Assembly: GCF_006345805.1 (NCBI RefSeq)
Contig: NC_042998.1
Location: 185,318,001-185,382,000, forward strand
Source of the DNA: Octopus sinensis
Taxonomy: Eukaryota
Reading direction: 5' to 3'
DNA: 64,000 bases
Position 1 is the stretch's first letter, and the number at the start of each line of letters is the position of its first letter. The position numbers and the translations under genes are program-made. A model generated the notes under the pieces. The model had not been told where the DNA came from, did not search any database, and saw only the letters and a list, made by a program, of their open reading frames with translations. This document shows, one piece after another, positions 28,401-36,361 of this stretch.

Positions 28401-31400
28401 CCGCTTTCCATGCTAGCATGGGTTGGACAAATGACTGAGGACTGGCGAACCAGATGGCTGTACCAGGCACCAATCTTGATCTGGCAGAGTTTCTACAGCT
28501 GGGTGCCCTTCCTAACGCCAACCACTCCGAGAGTGTAGTGGTTGGCGTTAATGGATGTTAAATGATGTTGATAGTAATACTGATGATGCAACCAGCAAAG
28601 TAAAATTTGGCAATAAATTCAGTGAGGAATTTAGAGTGCAAGTAGGTGGGTGTCCATCAGGGCTTGCTTCTCGGAGCCCTCCTAACCATAACAATGGGGT
28701 TGAAGAATGGTTGCACATGGGAACTCCCATATACTGATTCTAAATTCTTACAGCAGAGACTGTGGAAGATTGAGAGAAAAGTTCGAGGCATGGAATCAAA
28801 ACCTAGTAAAACCTAATGTAAACTTAGCAACCACTAAAGAAGACATTTGGACATTTGTACCCTGCTGTGAGAAGAATAATTTCCAATCCATTGTGACTAA
28901 TACCTTAGAGGTGTGTGTGTTCAATACATTGTGAAAAAATAAAAAGAAAGGTGAATATTACATTTCACAGTTATGGTGTAGCTGTAAGGTGTTATACATT
29001 AGAAAGAAGTGCTTCATTTTATGTTGTGTCTGAAGTTAGAGGCTCAGTAAGTACCTTTGGACTAATCTTGTAGGTGTCAGGATTTTAACAAAATCTGTGG
29101 AAATGGTGGCATGCTGTACATAAATTATATATATGGTATGTTTTCACGTGTTTTTCTTTTCGAGCGAGGTTGTTGCCAGTGCTGCTGGACTGGCTCCTGT
29201 GCAAGTGGCACGTAAAAAACATCATTTGAGCGTGGCCGTTGCCAGTACCACCTGACTGGCCCTCGTGCTGGCGACACGTAAAAGCACCCACTACACTCTT
29301 GGAATGGTTGAAGTTAGGAAGGACATCCAGCAGTAGAAACTCTGCCAGATCAAGATTGGAACCTGGTGCAGCCATCTGGTTCGCCAGCCCTCAGTCATAC
29401 ATCAAACCCATGCTAGCATGGAAAGCGGATGTTAAACGATGATGATGATGATGGTATGTATATGGTGTTTAAGGCGGTGAGCCGGCAGAAACGTTAGCAC
29501 GCTGGCCGGAATGCTTAGCAATTTTTAGGCTGCTGTTACGTTCTGAGTTTAAATTCCACTGAGATCAACTTTGCCTTTCATCCTTTCGGAGTCAATAAAT
29601 TAAGTACCAGTTACGCACTGGGTCGATGTAATTGACTTAATCCGTTTGTCTATCCTTGTTTGTCCCCTCTGTGTTTAGCCCATTGTGGGTAGTAAAGAAA
29701 TAGGTATGTATATGATGTTAGGGTTGTTTTAAGAACAGAACTAGCCTGAATGAGAAGCAGTTTAGCTTGGCCCCAGGAAAAGGTACTGATGCCATATTCT
29801 TTGTGAGATAATTGTATGTGCATGGCTGGGAGTAAGCCCCTATACCCAGCAATTTGAAAAAAGCCTTTGACAGAGGCCCTCACATTGTAATTGGGTAGGT
29901 GTTAAGGAAACTAGGAATAGATGAATGACTTGTACAAGCTATTTACAAGAGAGCAATCAACAAGGTGATAATCAGCAATAAGTTCAGCAGAGAATTTAGC
30001 ATGCATGTAAAGATATATCAGGTCTCAGTTCTCAGACCTTTCCTCTTTATTACGGTATTTATATTAAATTTCATTAAAAGATATCCATTTTCCTCAAAGT
30101 TACGGGGGAAAAAACCGACCTTGCAAATTTTTCGAAAGTTCTCTCTTCACCCCCTTGGAAAAGCCCAAATAATGTTGTTTGAAGGTCTTGGTTTAAAAAT
30201 AAAAAGACAAAATGATCATGTTTTGAATGCAGGATGGTTACAGTTAAAACGCTTTTCAAGAATAGGATGGTCACAGCTGAAATGCCTTTAAAAGACAGGT
30301 GTTTCATAGAATATCTTTAAAGAAAGACAAATGTTTTCAATCTGCGCAAATTAATTGGACACGTTATTTTCCACTGCAAAAAATTTTCATTTTAGACTAT
30401 GGGAGACTCAAAACAAGCATTTGTAATACATTTATAAATGCTTTGTCAAAAAAAATATATATTACCAAAGGACATTTTTTTTTCTTTGCATTTGGGGCAT
30501 GGAAGAGTGTCCAAAGGGCTTTCATTCAAGGGCATTTTTGTCCAGGCTCCATGGCTTTTACAGTAGATTAAGTTTTTTATGAGTGGAATTCTAGATTAAG
30601 CACCCTATATAACCACTCATAACTTTATTTTTTTGAATTTTCAGAAAATTTTTGCCAATTTATCGAAATTCCTAATTCAAAATTTACTTTTATAATTTTT
30701 TACCCTGCCCCGCCCAATCCTAAAAGTTTTGCTCTTTTTTTAATTTGTTTTTAAAATCTGAATTTTTCGTTTAAATTCCAGCAAAGAACACATCATCATT
30801 CTTTTAAATGTGTTTATGGAGAGAAAAATATTGAAGAACATCAATACATGCCAGAATGCCAAAGAAACGAGGAAAGTATCAGGTGGTTGTGAAATGTGCT
30901 AAAAACAACAGCTAAATCGCCCTTAAAACACACACAAAAAAACTTGTATTTATATTTTATTTTACATGATCATATGAATTCCCATGTGTAGAACACAAAT
31001 TTGCAAAAGTTTTCTGAAAATTCTAAAAAGCCAAGAAATAGCTATGGAGTACTTATACCAAAATTCCGCCCATAAATGTTTAGGATTGAAGGGGAGGGGG
31101 GGTAAAAATATTTAAGAATTTGAATTTTGAACTCCCGTGTGTAGAAAACAAATTCATAAACATTTTCTAGTGTCGAAAAATTATTACAGCTGCAGTTCTG
31201 TTCAGGACGAAAACATGAATGATCACATTTAACATGACCCAAATTCTGCATTACTTGGTGCAAACATTTGAGGTACTGCAACATTTTTCTCCAGCTATTG
31301 TGCTAATATAATTGAAAAGACCTGACATATCACATTTTCTTCTTTTAGGTTAAAGAAATCTGACTCTGTGTGTGCAGTTAAAGAACACAACTGGGTTAAT

Positions 31401-33286
31401 GTTTACTCTATTACGCAATCACAAAAACAAAATAAAAACTAGTGCAACTGGTGTAAAAAAAATGTGTATGAAACGAATATGAAAACAAAAAGGTGCACAA
31501 ACCAACAGGAGGTGAGGAGAGGACTTTTGTAAAATTCACAAGATCTGAGTTTTTCCTTCATAGCTTTTATGAATTTTTTTTTTTTAGTAAAATCTTTATA
31601 TAGGTGCAGGAGTGGCTGTGTGGTAAGTAGCTTGTTTACCAACCGCATGGTTCCGGGTTCAGTCCCACTGCGTGGCATCTTGGGCAAGTGTCTTCTGCTA
31701 TAGCCCCGGCCGACCAATGCCTTGTGAGTGGATTTGGTAGACGGAAACTGAAAGAAGCCTGTCGTATATATGTGTATATATATATATATATATGTATGTG
31801 TGTCTGTGTTTGTTCCCCTAGCATTGCTTGACAACCGATGCTGGTGTGTTTACGTCCCCGTCACTTAGCGGTTCAGCAAAAAGAGACCGATAGAATAAGT
31901 ACTGGGCTTACAAAAAGAATAAGTCCTGGGGTCGAGTTGCTCGACTAAAGGCGGTGCTCCAGCATGGCCGCAGTCAAATGACTGAAACAAGTAAAAGAGT
32001 AAAAGAGTATATAAAAGTGAAGTTGTGTGTCTGTCTCCTACGATTTAGATTCCTAACTACTCCCACATTTTGCGGTGCAGTGTAACCAAAAGCGGGTATT
32101 TTATAGTCGTGATTCATATCGAGCCCTTCTGGGTATTAGTGTGCGTCTACGATGAGTCTACGATTTAAAAAAAAATTCACCATCATTTTCCCCATTTTTA
32201 ATGCAGTTTTTTGCTATTGTATAAGGGAAGTAACTCTCTAAAAGTGTGTTATTAAATCTCAGAACGTAAAAAGCTACAGTAACACCTCCCTTTGTGGTTA
32301 GCCATATTGAGATGGCTATTATACTTTACATCTCTAAAAATGCTTATATAGTTATTTCCCTTACAAACCCGAGCAACGCCGGGCAATACTGCTAGTTTCA
32401 TATAAATAGCTTTCAAATGGCATACATTACGATTATAAAGAAATTTGTACGGAAATTTTTTTCCAAGGGGGTGAAGAGAGAACTTTCGAAAAATTCACAA
32501 GGTCGGATTTTTTCCCCCGTAACTTTGAAGGAAATGGATATCGTTTAATGAAATTTAATATAAATACCTTTCAAACAGCATACATTATGATTAAAAAGAA
32601 ATTTATGGGAAAAATCTTTTCCGAATGGGTGGGGAGAGGACTTTCGGAAAATTCACAAGATCCAATTTTTTCCTTGGTAACTTTGAGAAAAATGGATATC
32701 TTTTAATGAAATCTATATATATAAAGATGAGAATGTGTGCCTGTCTCTCTGTGTGAATCCCTAAAACTTGAGAACTACACAACCAATTTCATTCAAATTT
32801 TCCACATGCCTTACTTAGGACCCATGTAGTGTCATAGGCCAAAAAAATTTTTAACTTCTTGCCAAGTGCAAGCCCAGAGCAATATCATACCTTCTCCACT
32901 ATTTCAGTATTACGTATCAAAAGTGAAACAATAACATCTCTCTATTGTAATATCAGATACTTCCACTTTAATAGTTTCAGTTTAATACTATCTCACATAT
33001 ATACAGGCATACATACATACATATATGTATGTTTTTATATATATATATATATACCGGAGTAAACACATAAATGTGAAACAAGGTGGAAAAAAGAGTACTC
33101 AAATACCAGTGGTAGAGTACTATGCTTTATTTAAAGCAGAAGAAAATTCAACAAAATTTTTGTTGAATTTTCTGCTGCTTTAAATAAAGTATATATATAT
33201 ATATATATATATATATCTGCACAAATGTATATATATATGTATAAGTATACATCAACACAAATGTATATATATATAGATGTATATAT

Positions 33287-33334
<48 letters not shown>

Positions 33335-35768
33335 ACATGTATATATATACATATATGTATACATGTATATATATATACATGTATATATATACATGTATAT
33401 ATATATATATTTGTTGTGCAAATGGCTAAACTCGCAATATGACCATTCCGAAATATAACTATATATAATACATATATATAGATGTATATATATAGATGTA
33501 TATATATAGATGTATATGTATACATGTATATGTATAGATGTATTTATATACATGTAGATATATATGTATACATGTATATGTGTAGATGTATATATATATA
33601 TAGGCACAAGAGTGGCTGTGTGGTAAGTAGCTTCCTTACCAACCACATGGTTCCGAGTTCATTCCCACTGCGTGGCACCTTGGGCAAGTGTCTTCTACTA
33701 TAGCCTTGGTCCAACCAAAGCCTTGTGAGTGGATTTGGTAGAGAGAAACTGAAAGAAGCCCATCGTATATATGTATATATATACATCAGTATAGTGGTCA
33801 TTTGCAAACTCCAGAGGTGACACTTTCATTTCTCCTTAGCCCTCGCATCACACAGTTGTTAATGTTTATTTGAGTTGGGTCACGCCCTTCCAATTGCTGT
33901 ACCTGTCACCTGTATGGTGAGGAATCGTACATTGGAAGTGATAACAACTAGGGTAAGGTAACTGACTGCTTATTGTAATCATTCGTCTTCTGGTTTCCTG
34001 TAGTTTTGCTCTCCTTTACAAACCCAGTGAACATACATATATTTCCTATTTCAAAGAAATTCAAACAATAGATATAAGACCCAAGTTAAAAAGATTCTCA
34101 ACAATTCAACTTCTCTGGTTGACATTAAGACACTCACCCCCAATAGGGGCCTTAACTCCCACATTTTAGAGCTCCATAACCTCCATTTTTCAGGAGCAAA
34201 ATCCTTTTAACAGGTTCTATAAGACTGGAATTTTGGAATCTGTGCATAAAAATCAGTAGTATGGGATACATGTGTCATGATTACAATTTTTTTAGGGTGT
34301 GTAAAGAGGGAAAGAACCCTCATCTGCAATTTTGAGGAAATTCAAATCATAGGTATTCCAGTTCATTACAGAAAAGTCTAATTCTTGAACTGCATGTAAC
34401 ACGGACAACGCCGGGTATCCCTGCTAGTTTTATATAAACACCTTTCAAACGGCATGCCTTTCTATTCACACTCAAAATATTGATTATTCATGGGGAAGCC
34501 TTGAAAATACATTGTTCGACCAGGAATGAGTGCGGTACTATTTAAGAAGAGTGGTCCCGGTGCGCGCATTCGCGCACCCGCGCAAGCTAGTCGTGACTAG
34601 TTCGATCCTTACTTTGTATTTTTCTGTTTTACTTTGTTTAAAAAAATTATTTACTTCGTGTTTTTGTGTCATATTTACTTTGTTTAAAAATTTTTTTTAC
34701 TTTGTGTAAACAAATTATTTATTTTGTGTTTTATTTACTTTGTTTTAATTTTTTTTTTTTTTTGTGTTTTATTTACTGTGTTAGGTGGTCGTTGTAGGAT
34801 CGACTAGTCACGACTAGCTAGCGCGGATGCGCGAGTGCGCGCACCGGGACCACTCTTCTTAGATAGTACCATGAGTGCGACCTAACTACTTGAAACAATG
34901 TCGTTCGGTTAGTTTTCATACAAGCCATCTCACCGGCAACCTAGCGACTTCATAAGTTTCTTTTGGAGACTGCAAGACTATACCCATGTCCCTGATGACA
35001 CAGAAGACTGTATACCGGTTCTTGATGTCGTTCACCGGTAACTCTCGTTGGTGTATTTTTTATACTGCAAAACATTCGATGGGGGGGAAAAAATCCAACC
35101 TTCTGAATTTTCTGAAAGACCGGGTAATAAAGTAAACAATAACCAAACAACTGCGTTAAACGAATAAGAATCTAGTCAGAGGTAACCAAACATTCAGTTT
35201 TCAGTTTACTTGCGTCAGGTTTTGCTTTCATTAATTAATTATATAGTGGGGCCTTTCTAAACAATTCCTGATAATGTGGAAATTTTCGGGAATAAATTAT
35301 CACGAAGACGACTTATTGCTTCGTCCTGGGGTCGATTTCTATTTATATTCCTAAAAACATGTATGCACCGTAGTTTCCTGCAAGCGTATTTGCTATGTTG
35401 CCTTCAATACTGATATCGTGTTAAAAAGAAAAAGTATTCTATACACATTCAGTCATCCATGCAAATATAATTACTTTATAACATCTGTTTTGATTTATTT
35501 TTAAACAGCTAATTGTGGATCCATTTAAAAAAACTGAGAACACTGTCGGTCGAAATTCCATTTATACTTATGGGAAACATCACTCGAAGAAAATAATAAA
35601 CACGATGTAAATGAAAAACGAAAGTTAATTGAATGTATAATGAAAGTACAAATCTTTAAATTAAAACAATCGGTTTGATATTTCATTTGGCTAAGGCAAA
35701 TAATTAAAATGAAAATATATAATTAGAATTTAAAAAAATAAATGAAATACTACTCACATCTTGGACAT
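470..35768 (-). CDS. DUF885-family protein (putative zincin-like metalloprotein), spliced gene, 3'-partial; 12 coding exons, 442 codons in window
   Basis: Exons 35758-35768 (candidate), 24906-25053, 21371-21501, 20879-21008, 18306-18374, 17295-17404, 14589-14676, 10004-10258, 7750-7844, 5061-5177, 3647-3707 and 470-580 join in frame with GT-AG ends. Recognisable family motifs: [86 protein letters not shown](GW). Family call is from motif recall. Confidence 0.9.
856..1226 (-). mobile_element. tRNA-derived SINE
   Basis: Minus-strand head TGGCCCAGTGGTTAGGGCAGC...GGTTTTGATTCCC has A-box/B-box-like motifs and is followed by a non-tRNA body. Confidence 0.7.
2141..2455 (-). mobile_element. SINE family 1 ((GAT)n tail, internal GTGCC..GGCAC modules)
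   Basis: Shared body GGTTGGCGTTAGGAAGGGCATCCAGCTGTAGAAAC...CATGCTAGCATGGAAA and (GAT)n tail; more than 20 copies in the window. Confidence 0.9.
3122..3512 (+). mobile_element. Non-autonomous Helitron, family A
   Basis: 5' TC, 3' CTAG preceded by a GAGCAACGCCGGG hairpin, inserted between A and T without TSD; further copies at 31593 and 57260. Confidence 0.85.
3647..3707 (-). CDS. DUF885 exon (S)[20 protein letters not shown]
   Basis: Acceptor TTTCTTTGTAG, donor GTTAG, 61 nt; contains HExxPGHH. Confidence 0.93.
3946..4305 (-). mobile_element. SINE family 1
   Basis: Same body and tail, with 3-4 internal modules. Confidence 0.9.
4525..4860 (+). mobile_element. tRNA-derived SINE with V/CORE-like central domain
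   Basis: CTCAGTGGTTAGAGCG head followed by GTGTTCTTGAGCAAGACACTT; related copy at 63250-63650. Confidence 0.65.
5061..5177 (-). CDS. DUF885 exon [38 protein letters not shown]
   Basis: Acceptor after a long pyrimidine tract ending AAG, donor GTAAG, 117 nt, phase 2-2. Confidence 0.92.
5270..5679 (-). mobile_element. SINE family 2 (tRNA head, TTGGGCAAGTGTCTT core, internal TA/TG microsatellite, (GTAAAAGA)n tail)
   Basis: Full-length match to copies at 12359, 23152, 31603 and 45484. Confidence 0.9.
5808..6150 (-). mobile_element. SINE family 1
   Basis: Shared body and tail. Confidence 0.9.
6518..7038. mobile_element. Tc2/pogo-like non-autonomous DNA transposon (MITE)
   Basis: TIRs C(T/C)(G/A)TAAATCCTCGAGTATAA with TA on both flanks; opposite-orientation copy at 42119-42630. 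Confidence 0.85.
7750..7844 (-). CDS. DUF885 exon [31 protein letters not shown]
   Basis: Acceptor CTCATTTCAG, donor GTAAG, 95 nt. Confidence 0.9.
8490..9005 (-). pseudogene. Mariner transposase remnant with right TIR
   Basis: [13 protein letters not shown]...FFTNGI...WKKCVD..SYVEK and upstream [14 protein letters not shown]-like segments with frameshifts; TIR-like GAGGGTTAGCTGAAAAGTTC. Confidence 0.85.
9290..9713 (+). mobile_element. SINE family 1, subfamily B, long copy
   Basis: Shared body, 3 modules, (GAT)n tail. Confidence 0.9.
10004..10258 (-). CDS. DUF885 exon [21 protein letters not shown]...EFFCQTK
   Basis: 255 nt inside ORF 9887..10282; acceptor TTTTACTCAAG, donor GTAGGC. Confidence 0.92.
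11960..12190 (-). mobile_element. SINE family 2, 3' half
   Basis: Matches the 3' half of 12359-12765 in reverse orientation. Confidence 0.85.
12337..13000. repeat. Long inverted repeat interrupted by a SINE
   Basis: 12770-12855 is the reverse complement of 12892-12978 (2 mismatches, 1 indel); the arm continues at 12337-12360 versus 12977-13000. Confidence 0.9.
12359..12765 (+). mobile_element. SINE family 2, full length
   Basis: Head GGCGCAGGAGTGGCTGTGTGGTAAG through an A-rich tail. Confidence 0.92.
13012..13165 (-). mobile_element. SINE family 2, 5' half
   Basis: Reverse match to 12359-12535. Confidence 0.85.
13350..13698 (+). mobile_element. SINE family 1
   Basis: 3 modules, body and tail. 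Confidence 0.9.
13940..14342 (+). mobile_element. SINE family 1
   Basis: 3-4 modules, body and tail. Confidence 0.9.
14589..14676 (-). CDS. DUF885 exon [29 protein letters not shown]
   Basis: Acceptor TTTACTTTCTAG, donor GTGAAT, 88 nt. Confidence 0.88.
15090..15312 (-). mobile_element. SINE family 3 (tRNA head, Meta-domain-like GCCTTTCATCCTTTCGGGGTCGATAAAT core)
   Basis: Near full length, flanked by a CTCTCCCTCTCTTT duplication; an older copy lies at 14745-14935. Confidence 0.88.
16307..16690. mobile_element. Two inverted family-1 SINEs around a TA/TG microsatellite
   Basis: 16307-16490 on minus, 16551-16690 on plus. Confidence 0.9.
17295..17404 (-). CDS. DUF885 exon [36 protein letters not shown]
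   Basis: Acceptor TTTTCTAG, donor GTAAG, 110 nt. Confidence 0.88.
17477..17751 (+). mobile_element. SINE family 1
   Basis: Body and tail. Confidence 0.9.
18306..18374 (-). CDS. DUF885 exon [23 protein letters not shown]
   Basis: Acceptor TTTTGTTTCAG, donor GTATG, 69 nt, phase 0-0. Confidence 0.87.
19321..19554 (-). mobile_element. SINE family 3, full length
   Basis: Flanked by a TATCTCCCT(C/T)ATAT duplication. Confidence 0.92.
20098..20402 (+). mobile_element. SINE family 1, subfamily B
   Basis: Body and tail. Confidence 0.9.
20879..21008 (-). CDS. DUF885 exon [43 protein letters not shown]
   Basis: Acceptor TCTTCTAG, donor GTAAG, 130 nt. Confidence 0.9.
21371..21501 (-). CDS. DUF885 exon [43 protein letters not shown]
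   Basis: Acceptor TTACAG, donor GTAAG, 131 nt. Confidence 0.88.
21930..22433 (+). mobile_element. SINE family 1, long copy with 4 modules and 5' extension
   Basis: Shares its 5' extension with 50785-51340. Confidence 0.9.
23152..23570 (+). mobile_element. SINE family 2, full length
   Basis: Head, core and tail. Confidence 0.92.
23742..24375 (-). mobile_element. CR1/L2-group LINE, 5'-truncated copy
   Basis: 187-aa ORF nearly identical to the C-terminus of 36618..38768; same 3' UTR and (ATT)n tail. Confidence 0.95.
24906..25053 (-). CDS. DUF885 exon [49 protein letters not shown]
   Basis: Inside ORF 24831..25088; acceptor TTTTTCAG, donor GTACT, 148 nt, starts in phase 2. Confidence 0.92.
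25913..26064 (+). mobile_element. SINE family 1, truncated, with inverted 5' junction
   Basis: Body and tail; foldback at the 5' end. Confidence 0.85.
26866..27140 (-). mobile_element. SINE family 1, subfamily B
   Basis: Body and tail remnant. Confidence 0.88.
28370..28550 (-). mobile_element. SINE family 1
   Basis: Body and tail. Confidence 0.88.
29160..29452 (+). mobile_element. SINE family 1
   Basis: Body and tail. Confidence 0.88.
29470..29705 (+). mobile_element. SINE family 3
   Basis: AAGGCGGTGAGCCGGCAGAAAC head through AAAGAAATAG tail. Confidence 0.9.
31593..32395 (+). mobile_element. Helitron family A containing a nested family-2 SINE (31603-32007)
   Basis: TC start at 31593; the SINE splits the TCTTTATATATAAAAG terminus; CTAG end at 32395. 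Confidence 0.82.
32712..34427 (+). mobile_element. Helitron family B with nested hairpin, microsatellite and SINE
   Basis: TCTATATATATAAAG start, CAACGCCGGG...CTAG end; removing it restores the host repeat unit. Confidence 0.78.
33190..33600. repeat. About 410-bp (TA)/(TACA)/(TATG) compound microsatellite
   Basis: Read directly from the sequence. Confidence 0.95.
34534..34870. mobile_element. MITE with ~75-bp GC-rich TIRs and 8-bp TSD ATGAGTGC (Merlin-like)
   Basis: GGTACTATTTAAGAAGAGTGGTCCCGG... at the left and ...CCGGGACCACTCTTCTTAGATAGTACC at the right; ATGAGTGC at 34526-34533 and 34871-34878. Confidence 0.9.
34934..34953 (-). CDS. Candidate alternative first coding exon of the DUF885 gene (MKSLGC+CG)
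   Basis: ATG AAG TCG CTA GGT TGC CG followed by GTGAGA donor; phase 2 matches the 25053 acceptor. Confidence 0.45.
35758..35768 (-). CDS. Candidate first coding exon of the DUF885 gene (MSK+AT)
   Basis: ATG TCC AAG AT followed by GTGAGT donor; phase 2 matches the 25053 acceptor; lies in non-repetitive sequence. Confidence 0.55.
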
Positions 35769-36060
35769 AGAAGTTAAGTAAGTTGCAATTAAGAGTAAAA
35801 GCCTTCTCTGCAGCCTGGTAAGCAACTACGTGGCTCGAACTTTGTCACAAACTTAAGTTGTGTCCCTTGATCATGAGTCACTTTGGAAAATGATATCCGC
35901 TTAATGATACTTGGGCGAGAGAGAAAGCACAGAAAACGGATAACTTTCCTCTTCGGTCAAGCCTCATCGACTTTTTAAAATTCCATTGGGAAAAAAAAAA
36001 GATGAGGGTTGAGAGGAAAGATGCTGCACCCCACTCCAAGTAAATTTTTTGAAAGATGAG
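35769..36060 (-). promoter_or_regulatory. Probable 5' UTR / promoter region of the DUF885 gene
   Basis: Unique sequence with several CpGs immediately upstream of the candidate first exon; positional inference only. Confidence 0.3.
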
Positions 36061-36067
36061 TGAATAT

Positions 36068-36198
36068 ATTTATATTTCTTTACTGCCCACAAGGGGCTAA
36101 ACACAGAGGGGACAAACAAGGACAGACAAAGGGATTAAGTCGATTACATCGACCCCAGTGCGAAACTGGTACTTTATTTATCGACCCCGAAAGGATGA
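36068..36198 (-). mobile_element. SINE family 3, 3' part
   Basis: Matches 19321-19445. Confidence 0.85.
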
Positions 36199-36361
36199 GT
36201 GAATAAGGTAAGGATGGCCTGAGGGAGTGGTCCTAGTTTAAGCTGGCACGTGTAGGGTATGGAGTATCACCAGGAGTATCACTTATCATGATACTCCTGG
36301 TGAGTAGGGTGGCTCAGGATCTGTGGAACTCCTCGATTGCCCTTAGGTGACGTTTTTACCC

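Larger units (their letters stand above)
27860..30050 (+). pseudogene. Scattered degenerate RTE-type reverse-transcriptase fragments (about 27880-27960, 28575-28840, 29720-30050)
   Basis: Remnants such as [33 protein letters not shown] and [18 protein letters not shown], with stops; interleaved with SINEs. Confidence 0.7.
30050..34460. repeat. About 170-bp unit repeat: tandem units at ~31510-34460 and an inverted unit at ~30060-30170
   Basis: Unit GAAAAATTCACAAGGTCGGATTTTTCCCCCGTAACTTTG...GGATATC.TTTAATGAAATTTAATATAAATACC recurs directly and in reverse complement. Confidence 0.75.

Noticed and set aside
33131-33807. Long Tyr/Ile-rich ORFs (up to 171 aa)
   Set aside because: Translations of the (TA)/(TACA) microsatellite.
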